NCBI GenBank assembly: GCA_053919585.1
Contig: CM132808.1
From: Euprymna scolopes
Taxonomy: Eukaryota
Reading direction: 5' to 3' (one strand)
Length of the DNA stretch: 64,000 nucleotides
Both the position numbers and the translations under genes were made by a program. A model generated the notes under the pieces. That model did no database searches, had not been told where the DNA came from, and saw nothing but the letters and a program-made list of their open reading frames with translations. Each line of letters begins with the position of its first letter. Position 1 is the stretch's first letter. Positions 51,148 through 64,000 of the stretch are shown in pieces.

Positions 51148-51362
51148 TGGGCTGTTATCTTCATCGTCATAATTGTTGTTGTTTCACCACGTTTCGACCA
51201 ACTCATCAGACAACAACAACTATGGAAGGCAGTAATTACTAGAGATACAGTTACGAGATTCAGCATTCCTATCCCGTTGTGGTTAATCACCTGAGGAGGC
51301 CAGAGGATGAATTGGGCAAAATGTGGTGAAATAACAACTATGAAGATGAGGATAGCAGTCCG
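51148..51362. repeat. Inverted repeat resembling Penelope-like element terminal-repeat relics
   Basis: GCTGTTATCTTCATCGTCATAATTGTTGTT..TTTCACCACGTTTCG pairs with CAAAATGTGGTGAAATAACAACTATGAAGATGAGGATAGCAG; hammerhead-like cores in both arms. Confidence 0.5.
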
Positions 51363-51722
51363 TTAATAAATTAGTTATATGATCTAATGAAAAATATGTT
51401 TATGCCAAACAAGTGGACAACCATAGTCAGCCATCATAAGTGTTGTGTTATATTAGTGGCCTGGCAAGGCCACAGAGAAGATAACCAAAGCAGCAAAACT
51501 GAAGCTGTCTGCCAGGACACTATATATACAAATGTAGACAAATTTTGGCATATTTTATTGGTTTGAAAATATAGTTTTTTTTTTTTTTTTATCAATTGTC
51601 ATAAAATTTTAACCATTGAATAGTATTATAATCTTCAAAAAGACTGCAAATTTTCATGTTTTATTCCATAGAACCAAAGATATGCGCATTTCAATATTCA
51701 ATTTGGCTACGAATATATATAT

Positions 51723-52629
51723 TGTCACAACCCGGTTAATGGATGACCGAATTGATCGGCAATCAGATCGAGACACAAAAATTTATTTTATTTTATATCC
51801 AATGTCTCATAATTATCTTCGGTTAATCGTCGGATGTCGGATCAACCAGCGAAACATATCATTGAGGGGAATGGAACAACAGAGCAAAGAATGACGAAAC
51901 AAACACTCAATCAAAGTTTAAAATTCAAGGAAGACTTTTATATACAAAGAGGAAGAAAAAAGCTCCGATAAAAAGAATGAGTGAGATAGACATATTTTTG
52001 GGGATGTTTGCCAGATGTATGCGACATGCAATTACAGTACAATATGTATAAAAGTTTGTGGATAAGAAAAGATATTGGCATGAGATAGGCCAAACTTAGC
52101 TGTTTTGTCCATTAGGGTAAACACGGATCACAAGTTCGCAAACACAATATCCAAGAAAAAAGTTGAGATGGCGAAAGTCTATCTCTTCCTCGAATCTTAG
52201 TTCCAAAGAAGAATATATGTGAGTTCAATCGACAATACGATTGTATTTGAATAATAATCCGCAATTCAATTGATTCAAATCTCAATCTTCGATGAGGTTC
52301 GATTCTCGGAGATAATGTTTGTACACCGGGCTGTATCGCTTCTTTTCGCCAACTGTTTATTTCTTATTTTCAAATCCCTCGTGGTCCGCTTTTCCCGCCA
52401 CAAATGTTCGCTGTCTGGTTGCCATGACGACGTATTTCCGCTCGTTACGGCGATATTCACACCCAACCTCTGTCCCCACTTCCCTCAGCCAAGTGACTGC
52501 CACGCCACATCATTTACAGAGAGAGGGGGTTATCTGGTTGATTAGGTCTTAGGAAGAGAGAGAGATAGCGAGATATATATATAGAGAGTAAGTAGAGAGA
52601 TTGAATGTTCGCTTTGCTCTGACGTCACA
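51723..52629 (-). repeat. 3' LTR (907 bp)
   Basis: TGTCAC...GACGTCACA, adjacent to the polypurine tract GGGGGGTGGGGA (minus, 52630-52641). Confidence 0.95.
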
Positions 52630-52700
52630 TCCCCACCCCCCTTAAAAGGCCGAAAACTTATTTTTTCTTAAATGACGTTTTCGGATATAGTACGACTTAT

Positions 52701-54211
52701 TTATAGGCGGGATAATGCATCTGCCACTATGTTCTTTTGGCCTGCGATGTACCGTATTTTCAAATTAAATTCTTCGGCTAAGAGACACCACGACAACAAT
52801 CTTCTGTTATTGTTCTTCATGCGATGCAGAAATTGCAATGGATCATGGTCCGTGTATACGACTGTAGAGTCCGCTGACGATGTTAGATAGATTTCAAAGT
52901 GCTTCAAACTGTCGATTAGAGCTAACGCTTCTTTCTCGATCGTTGAATATTTCTGCTGGTGAATATTAAATTTTCTGGAGTGATAACTGACCGGATGTAA
53001 TTCTCCATCGTCATCCTCTTGTAAAAGCTCTGATCCTAAGCCATTATCGCTAGCGTCAGTAGCTAGAGAAAAGGGTTTGTTGAAATTCGGTGCTTGCAGC
53101 ACTGGTCCAGTACTTAGCTTCCTCTTTATGTTAGAGAAGGCTTCTCTGCTTTCGTCTGTCCACAAGAATTTTGTTCTTTTCTTAAGTAATTCGGTTAATG
53201 GGTTAGCAAGATCGGAGAAGTTCGGGCAGAACCTTCTGTAATACCCTGCTAGGCCTAAGAATCTGATATCCTTTACGTTCTTCGGTTCAGGGTAATTCAT
53301 GATTTTGCTAATCTTAGCCTCCTGGGGTGATATTTTTCCATATCCCAGTGTATGTCCTAAATATTGCAATGTGGCTTTTCCAAATTCACTTTTAGGTTAA
53401 TCGTTAGATTGGCCTGCTGTAACCTGTGAAAGACTTCTCTTATTGTGTCCATATGGGCCTCCCATGTATCGCTATAGATCACGATGTCGTCTATATAGGT
53501 ATCCACGCCCTTTACGCCTCTCAAACATTTATCCATCATTCGGACGAATGTTGCCTGGGAGTTTTTAAGTCCAAAGGGCATGACGCGATATTGGAAACTG
53601 CCTTCCGGCGTAACAAAGGCTGATATTGCTTTGGCCGCCTTGGATAGAGGTACCGCCCAATATCCTTTAAGTAAGTCACATTTCGTTAGATACTTGGCAT
53701 TTCCTATTCGATCTATACCGTCATCCATTCTGGGTATGGGATAAGCATCTGTAGCCGTTACTCGATTCACCTTTCTGTAATCGGTGCAGAATCGCTTCGA
53801 TCTGTCTGGCTTGTCTACGAGAATGCATGGAGATGCCCAAGCACTATAGCTGGGTTCTATAAGATTATGCTGTAGTATATAATCCGTCTTGGCTTTCATC
53901 AGCTTAGCTTTATTCAGATTCATCCGGTAAGGATGTTGCTTGATGGGCTTTGCATCTCCTACATCGATTTCATGTACTGCTATTTTCGATTTGCTAGGCA
54001 CGTCTCCGAATAAGCATCTGAAACTTTCGATGAGCTTCGATAACTCCTCCCATTCTGTTGTGCCCAAGTGATCCAATTTCTCCCCCAGCTTTTCCAAGAT
54101 TGCAGAATTCTGAAGTTTAGGTGATTTTTCTTGGAGCACGTCATAATAATCATGACTATCACATGTTTCGCTCTCACTCAACTCTGGTTCGCATGCGGCT
54201 ATTTTTGCCAT
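52701..54211 (-). pseudogene. pol: pol: reverse transcriptase and RNase H (frameshift near 53385)
   Basis: PIKQHPYR, RFCTDYRKVN, DLLKGYW, MPFGLKN, TYIDDIVI; FLGLAGYYRRF, ATDASD, YSTIEKEALA, VYTDH, NIVADALSR. Confidence 0.93.
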
Positions 54212-54815
54212 TTATTCATTTCTGCTATGATATGACTCAGCATATTTATGTGGCATTTTCGAGTTTTCCTTCTATCCGGTGTTCCAATGATATAGTTTAG
54301 GTCACTGACCTTCCTTATAACCTTATAAGGTCCTTGGAACTTGGATTTGAGTGGATGGGTATTCATTGGAAATAGAAGTAGTACTTTGTCCCCCACTTCA
54401 AATTCCCGTTGGATCGTCTTTTTGTCATATCTTAATTTCATTTTGGTTTGGGTGTGCTCCAAATGTTTCCTAGCCAAGTCGTTTGCTTCCCTTATCCGTT
54501 TTCTCATCTTCAGTACGTATTCCGGCAAATTCGGTTGTCTTGAAGTGTCCACCAGCCATTTTTCTTTTATTAGTTTTAATGGTCCCCTGACTGAGTGTCC
54601 GTATATCAGCTCGAATGGGCTATATCTGAGTGACTCTTGGGTAGCTTCTCTCGCTGCAAACATAACGAAAGGTAGTCCTTCATCCCATTCTTTTTGACTC
54701 TCCATGCAGTATGCTCGAAGCATGCTTTTCAATGTGGAGTGGAATCGCTCGAGCGCCCCTTGGGATTCAGGGTGATATGCACTCGCTCGAATCGCTTCGA
54801 TGCCCAGTTGTTCAA
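54199..54815 (-). pseudogene. pol: pol: integrase C-terminal half (N-terminal HHCC and first catalytic Asps deleted)
   Basis: SAYHPESQGALERFHSTLKSML, YSPFELIYG, FEVGDKVL and FQGPY. Confidence 0.88.
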
Positions 54816-56423
54816 TTTTCTCCTGATTCTCGCGCCATCTCCTCTGGCTGCCTATGTTTTTCCTCCTCCACCTCCTCCTCTCTGCTACGTGTTCGAGTTT
54901 GTGCGCGCGTCACCACTCCCGCCTTTTTCTGATTTGGGTTCGCTTTTGGCGCCCATTTTCTGACCTCCCTCTGTTCTGGTATACCCGTAGCCATTACTCT
55001 GGATCCAGCTAAGTCGTTTCCTAAAAGCATATCCACATCCTCGATCGGTAGAGTTTCGACTACCCCTATTTTTATCGTTTTCGAGATCCATTTCGACTCG
55101 AGGTTTATTTGATGGATTGGGACTTTCGTGATTTTTCCGCCTATGCCTTTAATTTCGACATGTTCACCCGTATCGGATCGTCTTCCTTTGGGGAGTCGCC
55201 TTCTTAGCAACAGGGACTGTGATGCTCCTGTGTCTCTCAGTATTTTAACTTTCGAGGTGTTCCCCCTATCGTTCTTCTGTGACACTAGTCCCCTGGCTAT
55301 GAATGGTTTATAGCCGTCCTCTATTTCTTTTCGCAACACTATCCCCTGGGGTGTGGTTTGACATTTCTCTTCCCGACTGAATTGATTTCTACAATTCCTG
55401 GCTATATGGCCGATCTTTCCACAATGGAAGCAAGTTATCTCCTGCCTTTCTCTGCCTTTTATCGGAGGATGGTTTCTTGCTGGCACACTCTCGATTGGTG
55501 TATAGTGGCTTTTTCCTCGCATGGTTGGTATTCCCGCGTAGCTGTGCTTTGCTTTGACCGTCTTATGTGTCAGGGCATGTTCATCTGCTAAAGTAGCTAA
55601 TTCACGTGCCGTTCCCACTCTCCTCTCCTCTACATAAAGCCGCAGTTGGTCACTCAAGCCCTTTTTACATTCTTTGATGAGAATTAATTGTTTCAGCTTT
55701 TCGTAGTCTCCCTCCGCTCCCTCAGATGCGCTCCATCGGTCGAAGTATGTTTCCTTCTGTCTAAGGAATTCCGTATAGGACTGAGTTTCGTTTTTTCGAT
55801 AGTTTCGAAACTTTTGCCGGTATACTTCTGGTAATAGCTGGTATGCCGCCATTATCGCCCTTTTTACCGTCTCGTAGTTTGCACATTCCTCGATCGTCAA
55901 CGACGCGTAGGCTTTTTGCGCCTTGCCGCTTATAACGGTTTGTAATAGCATCGTCCACGTGTGATTCGGCCATTCCAGATTGATCGCTGTTTTCTCAAAG
56001 TGCTGGAAATATTCATCAACCTCGTCTTTGAATTTTGGTACTAGCCTGACTTGCTTCGCTAAGTCAAATTCTTTATTGCCTGATCCAAAATTTCTTTCTC
56101 GGAGTTCCAGTTCTAATTTCCTGGTTTCCTGCTCTATTCGTGCTTTTTCTATCTCTGCTCTGGCCATTATTTTTGCCCTCTCGAGCTCGATTTGTGCTGA
56201 TGTGACTTCTTGAGGTTCTACCTGTAATTTGTCCAGTATCTCGTCCTCGAATACATCGTTGTCGACCATGTGTTCTGCAATTATCTTATGAAGATGAGCT
56301 TTCCTCATAGATCATCTGAACTCTAATTGGAGCTGTTGTCCTATTAGGAATGCATCGTCCTTCTTCAATTTTAATAACTGCTCCGCCGATGGGTTTCTTA
56401 AGAATTCCTCTACTGTAGACATT
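54812..56423 (-). pseudogene. gag: gag (SCAN-like capsid region, CCHC knuckle) and protease; premature stop near 56313
   Basis: MSTVEEFLRNPS... then ORF 54812-56308 with YETVKRAIMAAYQLLPEVYRQKFR, CFHCGKIGHIARNC and protease ILRDTGASQS...MLLGNDL. Confidence 0.88.
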
Positions 56424-56481
56424 TCTACTTCTGCTCGTCTCCCCAACTGACAGATTTCGGATAAAGATAAAAAGTAATGAG

Positions 56482-56501
56482 AATCCCGGACTGAGCCCCC
56501 A
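56482..56501 (-). promoter_or_regulatory. Primer-binding site, tRNA-Pro type
   Basis: Minus strand TGGGGGCTCAGTCCGGGATT, 5 nt after the 5' LTR; equals the tRNA-Pro PBS TGGGGGCTCGTCCGGGAT with one inserted A. Confidence 0.85.
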
Positions 56502-56506
56502 AATTA

Positions 56507-57409
56507 TGTCACGACCCGGTTAATGGATGACCGAATTGATCGGCAATTAGATCGAGACACAAAAATTTATTTTATTTTATATCCAATATCTCATAATTAT
56601 CTTCGGTTAATCGTCGGATGTCGAATTAACCAGCGAAACATATCATTAAGGGGAATGGAACAACAGAGCAAAGAATGACGAAACAAACACTCAATCAAAG
56701 TTTAAAATTCAAGGAAGACTTTTATATACAAAGAGGAAGAAAAAAGCTCCGATAAAAAGAATGAGTGAGATAGACATATTTTTGGGGATGTTTGCCAGAT
56801 GTATGCGACATGCAATTACAGTACAATATGTATAAAAGTTTGTGGATAAGAAAAGATATTGGCATGAGATAGGCCAAACTTAGCTGTTTTGTCCATTAGG
56901 GTAAACACGGATCATAAGTTCGCAAACACAATATCCAAGAAAAAAGTTGAGATGGCGAAAGTCTATCTCTTCCTCGAATCTTAGTTCCAAAGAAGAATAT
57001 ATGTGAGTTCAATCGACAATACGATTGTATTTGAATAATAATCCGCAATTCAATTGATTCAAATCTCAATCTTCGATGAGGTTCGATTCTCGGAGATAAT
57101 GTTTGTACACCGGGCTGTATCGCTTCTTTTCGCCAACTGTTTATTTCTTATTTTCAAATCCCTCGTGGTCCGCTTTTCCCGCCACAAATGTTCGCTGTCT
57201 GGTTGCCATGACGACGTATTTCCGCTCGTTACGGCGATATTCACACCCAACCTCTGTCCCACTTCCCTCAGCCAAGTGACTGCCACGCCACATCATTTAC
57301 AGAGAGAGGGGGTTATCTGGTTGATTAGGTCTTAGGAAGAGAGAGAGATAGCGAGATATATATATAGAGAGTAAGTAGAGAGATTGAATGTTCGCTTTGC
57401 TCTGACGTC

Positions 57410-57412
<3 letters not shown>
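56507..57412 (-). repeat. 5' LTR (906 bp)
   Basis: Second copy of 51723-52629. Confidence 0.95.
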
Positions 57413-57443
<31 letters not shown>

Positions 57444-57690
57444 CTTTTTTGGCAATTTTATAAGTTCCAAATCTCAGCGACTATTGATCAGAATTTAACA
57501 AATAAAGGTTTCTTAGAAAGCTAATGACCTAAATTATGTAGTGGGCTTTGTGACATTTGCTCTTAAAGTCACTCATTAAAGGGATCATCCATCATCCAGA
57601 GCCTATTTTTCGCACTTTTTTACAGCCATAAAATGTTTCAATCATAGTCATTTGTTTTCTTAGTTTTGCATATGATTTACAAAATATCTG

Positions 57691-58018
57691 ATATTTCCCA
57701 AAACCTTTGATCTTGATGGAGGGAAGACTAAAACTTGCTGCTATGGTTTCAAATGATCTGAAATAACAGCAAGAGGTAAAATTGATTTCAAATATTTCTC
57801 ATATGTTATATCTCCCCTCTTTGGGTTTCATACATAAAGTAAATTTCATAGTGTATAAAGATTATTTGATACTGAAGATATTCATAATCATACTCTATTT
57901 CCAAAACAGGGGAGAAATATTTGGAATCAAGTCTCCTCTTGCTGTTATTTCAGATCATTTCAAACCATAGCAAGTTTTAGTTTCCTCTCCAACAAGGCCA
58001 GCGGTTTTGAGGAAATAT
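57691..58018. repeat. Palindromic MITE-like element (~100-bp arms)
   Basis: GCTATGGTTTCAAATGATCTGAAATAACAGCAAGAGG pairs with CCTCTTGCTGTTATTTCAGATCATTTCAAACCATAGC. Confidence 0.75.
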
Positions 58019-58987
58019 ACATAATGATCTAACTTCTTAAATCAATTGTTAAACAGTGGATCTTAGTATATGACATCTGTAACTGATACCAACAGTGAAT
58101 TTTATAAAAACTGAATTTATGTGTGGAAAACATTTTCCATGATGTTTGGTCCTGTAAGATGGCAGTTGCAGGCCAGTCAGTAGTGAAGTTGACACTAATG
58201 GGGAGAGAAGGGAGTGGAGAAAAAGCATAAATAAAATAGCAAGGGGGGGGGGCAATGGTTTCTTATATCATACATAGACTTCCTCACTTTTGAGAGGAAA
58301 GGTATTGTTTGTAGTATGGTAAAGTCTTCTTGGCCTTGCAGCATGTTAATATCTGTGAATCTCAAGATAAATTTCAAAACTAGTCTCTTAAAAAAAGTGC
58401 GAGAATGGCATTGGCGTATATCACATACCGATTATCTTCATATTCTTGTTCTATCCACTAACCTACAGATGGTGCAGTAATCAGTTTTCATGTTTTTTAA
58501 ATGCTGCAACTCGCTTTTTCTATCAAGCTTTGGTGTGGTTTACCCCTATATGAAGGAAGGGTTGTATGAATAATTCTTGTGCTATTTCAACCTCTCACCT
58601 CCCCATTGTCTCTAGTCTGGCTGCTTTTTTTTAATGCATTTCAAAAGAACAAACCTTCTTTTCTATGTAAATCTCTTTTTCTGGTTTTATTTGCCATTAC
58701 TTATTATTATTTCCACTTCCTTTTCTTTTTTGCTCCTCCCATGTTTTTTTTAATTTTTTATTTATTTTGTTGTTTTTTTCTGTGTTTTTTTTTTTTTTTA
58801 TTATTGTTGTTTTGATAATACCTGCTTGTTAGAGATGTTAAACCAAGTATTATCCAGATACCTAACATGTGCAATATTTTTTGTTGAAACTTGTATGCAC
58901 TGGTTTGCCAATTCGTTAAATAGATCCATTGTATAGAAGTAGTAATGTCTAAGTTTTACTAATTTTTTTTTTATCACCTATTTGTTT

Positions 58988-59021
<34 letters not shown>

Positions 59022-62000
59022 GTCCCATAAATTGGCTGCTTTTCTATGCTCTTTAAGTGAAAGTAAAATCGTTTATGTACTACAGATACTTGTCGTACAC
59101 CAACTTCACTCTGGCCCAGGGAGAAATCTATATAGTAATAGACATGGATATTTTAAAGAAAACAATCAAAATGACATCCTTGCAGTCTCATAAAAATGTG
59201 AGACTTGGCACAAAAATGTAATCACTTACTTAAGAATAAGGCAACCATTAATAGAAATTATTTGTTTACAAGATTTAAATAAAAAAATGTTTACCAAAAA
59301 ACTATCTACATATACTGCAGATTACAAAACAAAAGAATTCAGTATTAAACGATTCACAAAGATTGATGTGCCCTTAAAGAAACCAAATGTAATTTTTGAT
59401 GAATTATTTTAGATCTTGGAGCTGCCTTTTATCCCCATCTTTACTGCATAACTCAATCCTACAAAACAAATGAATGGGATTGATGAGCAGAGTCTCTTTT
59501 AATCTGCAGTTTTTTTTTTTTTTTTTTTTTTTTTTGCTTCTCAACTAAACGATCTATGTTTTAATTGTTATTTACGTCTTCAGCAGTTAAATGTTTATCA
59601 AAAGGTCATCACTTTTACAATATGTCTTTATTATGTTAGGATACGAACGAAGAAGCACGGTTTGTAACAATAAAAGAAAGAATAGAAGAAAAGGTCCCTT
59701 GAGGTTTGATATATGACAAACACCAGGGAAAGATGAAAACTCTTCCAGATTCATGAATTGTTAAGTAGACGGATGAAAACACAATGAGAAGGAAAATGGA
59801 AAAGCAAACACGAATTTTAACATTTAGAAACAAAGTTTATTTACAAACTAATCAGACAAAGCAAAAATAACAGATCATCGGTACATGTGCGTAAGAGAAA
59901 GGAAGGGAGATAAACTTACAGTTCCTTTCTTTTTATGTATATATAGGGGTTTAACTTCGATGTCTGTTATGCCTCCTTTTATTTGATTCGTTCTCTTTGC
60001 AATTTCATTTTCGCCATCCTGTGTCACAGCAAGTTTGCGTTGATTAATTTCGTCTCTTCATTTGTACTCTTCTTTGCTGCAATATCAGGACATAGGAATT
60101 CACTGTTTATCCCCTAACAACATTGTCGCTGGCCAAAACATTTTTCGTTTATTTCTTCTTATTCTCTCTATTTCTTCTTCTTTCACATCCTTTGTTCATC
60201 TCACTTGGATACATAGCAGAACTTTTGATACCTAGCAGAACTTTTCCCCCTAGCCTGTCGTCTGCCAGCAGCCTCTAGCAGTCCTTTTTTTCTTCTTTTT
60301 CTTGTTTTTCTTCCCAGTGCATATCTTTATGCATGCGTGCTGCCTTCTGTATTCCCTCTCTATATAGATTCTCTCTCTTTACATTTTTTTCATGTGCATA
60401 TGTTTTCACGCATGCGTGCTGACCAAGGTATCCTCTGTTTCTCTTTTAAATGCTTGCTTGCCTTCTTCTTTGCAGATTCGCTATCTCTCTCGTTTTCTTT
60501 CTTTCTCTACATATTTTTTCACGCCAAGAGGTCAAAACAAAATAATAAAATACACTCTCCCACGGTTTAAAATTAAATCAAACTTTTTCTTTATTTTTTT
60601 CCTTTTTTATCATAAATACATATTTTGGTATTATGTGACAATTAGACCGATCATAATTAAGAAATAATTGTTAATTATATACGAAAAATATTAGCATTTG
60701 CTGCACAAAAAATAAATCAAATGCGTAAATATAAATAATAATTCAAAGAAATTGATGACCCTTGTTAAACGGATGTGCTGCTTGTTATGTTGCCAATTTA
60801 GAACTGGCTCATTTGTCTTTCTTCTCTTGAGGAGAAGTTGGTCTGCAAAGGGAGGGGATCGGTGTTGTTCTCAACTATTTTTCCTGTCATGTAAATAAGA
60901 TGTGTCCATTCACTCTATACGTTTAGTGATGATAATTTAAGCATCAAAGAACCATTACAAAGCTCTTCTTCGAAATGTTTAGAAACTCATAAGAAAAGCA
61001 AAACAAAAAACGTTAAATTTACTCTACTTTCATTAAAAGTTTTTCTAATCTTTCCCTGTGTTTCTATTAGTTTTCTCATTTTTTTATTGCCTTCCAATCT
61101 CTGTCTTATCACTGAATCCCAGGCTTGACTGCAATAGTTTATATAGTCTTATTAGACCTTTAAAATGATGTTTGGCTCTTTTGAAATAATATCTACTTGT
61201 TCTTTATACAAAAGATTGGGTGATTTTCAAAATGGCCATATGTCCACACAATGATAAACATGCATATTAATAGGTTTTAGGCATTTTATAGACCATAATC
61301 AGCATAATAGTTATCAATAATAGTGGGATAAAATTCTAAAATGAATAAAGTGAATATAAATTAAAATAATAAAATAATTTTAAAACTGTGCTATGATTAG
61401 ATTATGCGCCAAGATTGTTTTTCTTTTATGCCAGTGTTCATAAAGTGCTAATTCTGGTATGGTCGAATTTAAGAACTAAAACACTTAATAGAACCTTTTT
61501 TTTTTCTTCTTTCTTTCAGAAAATAACTTTATCTTAAGTAAAGATAAGCTTCATATCATGGAGGAAGGAGTTCATTGTAAATTGCTTTACCCCTGAATTT
61601 TTTTATTAAAAAGGAAATTTCTCACGTAAACTAAGCATTAGTATAAAGTAAATAATCTAAAAAGCATCTTTATAGTGCAGAAGTGCATCGATAAACTTGT
61701 GAAAATTTTTATTTGTATTCAAGTGTATAAAAATTTTCACAATTTTATCGATTCACTTTTGATGATTGGGTGATTCATGAAACTATTGACATGTTAAGAT
61801 TAATCATTTTTATTGTTTATTATTATGTATGAACGAAATGAAGTAGCGTCATGGTTACAGGTGCGAATTGTGTGTTCAATTAATTCTATTGATACTACTG
61901 CAATATGTCCACTTATATGATTGGTCAAGATTACACATCACCATTTAGCTATGGATTAAATAGTAAACAGAATCTCATACCTTGGACAAGAAGGAAAACT

Positions 62001-62823
62001 TTGAAATGAGCCCCCCCCCCCCCCGCTTATCTTGACATTGTTTCCAGTCTTGAACTTCTTACCATTGGTCTCTATCAGTCTTGGATAATTGTAGATGGTG
62101 GTTGTGCAGCACATGCTCCATTATAAACTTATGCAAGCCACCCTGTGTATATCTCAAGTCTCTCAAAACTTGAGAGGAGGCCTAATGAAGAACATAATCA
62201 GTGTTTTTTGTGACTGTCAATTTATGAATAATGAATAATTAAAAGGCGCTTATCTTAGACTTACTTCAATTTTATAGTAGATCCAATCTTTAGAAGCGTA
62301 TATCCTTGGATTTAAATCTGAATTCATTTGTAGATCTGATCTATCATAAAACTGCAGTAAAGTGATAATATGAAATCTTTTTAATTATTTATTCTTATAA
62401 AGCTCTATCTGAAAGGGTATCGAGTCTTTTTTATAGGGTTTGCTGTCGTGAATTGAAAAAAGTCCGATCCTAAAAATAGTCTTTCTTTCTTATACATAAA
62501 AATAATTTTTACTGGGGAATATTTTACGTTACACTGGCTAAGGAAGGTAATAAAATCGCAGCAAATCATTTCTTCTTAAAAAAAGAAACAGAATTATTGA
62601 CATCTGGAAATATAATTCAGTTATAGAGCATTTGACTACAGATCAAATGATCCCGTTCCAGCCTGGGTGTACCTCACTATTTTATTTAAAATTTTTCTTA
62701 TTAATGAGTTCAATTTACGATAAAAGAAGGTACCATTTAAAATCGCCACAAATTCAATAAAAAAAGATTCTATAATAATACATACACAATCTACATAAAA
62801 TATCATGTTCAAGCGTATTGTAC

Positions 62824-62852
62824 GACCAGGCAACGCCGGACATCCAGCTAGT
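62824..62852 (+). mobile_element. Non-autonomous Helitron 3' end
   Basis: CCAGGCAACGCCGGA hairpin followed by CTAG|T; the same motif family occurs at ~49538 (ACCGGGCAACGCCGGT). Confidence 0.55.
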
Positions 62853-64000
62853 GTTCCATTAAAGTTTTCCATTTACTTATTAAACATTGAGTTAGTAAGG
62901 AAGTGAATAGCATTAATTTTCCTCTCGCTAATTGACCAGTTAACTGTTATTTTTTGTGATTTCTTGATCTTATCGAATTTCAGGACAAGAATTTGTCTAG
63001 TCTGGTGGCGTATCCAACTTAATGCTGTTACTAGAGGCAACATCACTTGTAGAAGATTTACCATTCCTCATGTAAGTCAGTATGTAGTAGCCATGCTGAT
63101 ATCTTGAGCTTTGAATACTATGTTTGGATATTTTATCAAGGTTTACTTAGAGAAATAGAAAGTATCCTTGGGCCAGGTTATCTTGACAAAATCCTGTACA
63201 GAGAAACCTTAGACACTGGAGGACAGTGTCTAGTAAGCATTCAAATTCTTTCCCTACGTGTGTGTGTGTGTGTGCGTGTGTGTGCTATGTGCACTGTTCT
63301 TTTTTTTCTCTATGAATCTCAAAATCTATGCTGAACGACCTCCTGCACCTTCCACCCTTTCTGGAAGATCAACAGAATTGTTCTTCCATGTTCGGCAGGT
63401 CATAACCCACACTTCCAACCCCTCCTACTCCATATGTACAAAAAAACCATGTGAATCATAATATTGAACTCAGTTACTGTTAGTTACCCTTTGTTGATAC
63501 TGTGTGTTCTACTTAGCCTACTTGTTTTTTTTCTATTTTCTCATGGGGTTTTTTACAAACGGCAATGCAATCTCCCCTCCCCCTCACTTGTCTGTTGTTA
63601 TATGGAAGATTTTGTTTGTGTTGGAGACTGTCTTTAAATAGGAGGGGAGGGCGTGTGTGTGTGTGTAGCTCTCTTAGTTGATAGCCTGGCAAGAAGACTA
63701 GCCCATTGACATACTTATATCTCTATACAGCCAGCACTTGAACACTGCTACAGAATGCCATGGAAGCTACTGCTACCCCCTGCTTTACTTTCTACTTATG
63801 TGATAAGCATCACCTTAAGTACTCTTTACAATGTGTAATTGGGTAGGGGTTTGTTTATGTAAACTTTTGTTTGTCTTAAAAAACTTACCAACTCAAATAT
63901 CGTTTGTTATCCTCTTCTTTAACCAATGTTTGAAATTAATCAGATGAACCAGAACATTTCTTTCTTTAAAATATTTTGGTTTGTAATAAATACACCAAAG

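Larger units (their letters stand above)
51723..57412 (-). mobile_element. Gmr1-like Ty3/Gypsy LTR retrotransposon (gag-PR-INT-RT-RH), internally deleted
   Basis: LTRs 51723-52629 and 56507-57412 (TG...CA, ~99% identical); ATAT flanks in (TA)n; tRNA-Pro-type PBS; PPT; integrase lies upstream of RT. Confidence 0.95.

Noticed and set aside
63560-63800. Possible alternative promoter or first exon
   Set aside because: Only compositional hints; no supportable motif or splice structure.

Overview
AT-rich eukaryotic (animal) genomic DNA, probably molluscan or cephalopod judging by repeat style (inference), with four N-gaps. Most of the window reads as intron packed with transposable elements. One convincing host exon lies at 37367-37461 (HR1-domain exon of a protein kinase N-like gene). 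Main elements: (1) a compact 4.3-kb Gypsy-like LTR retrotransposon (340-4650, minus, 5-bp TSD) with no canonical tRNA-3'-end primer-binding site; instead it has a 12-nt site complementary to the 5' end of tRNA-Phe, the most intriguing signal here; (2) a full-length I-group LINE with RNase H (28627-34893, 14-bp TSD) nested in an older CR1/Jockey-group LINE that also hosts a 5S rRNA-derived SINE; (3) a Gmr1-like Gypsy element with PR-INT-RT-RH order (51723-57412, minus, tRNA-Pro PBS); (4) mariner and DD37D transposon relics, a hAT-type MITE, Copia, RTE and Helitron relics, chains of non-autonomous Helitrons, a ~3.2-kb 29-bp satellite and several palindromic repeats. All identifications are by eye from motifs; no searches were run.
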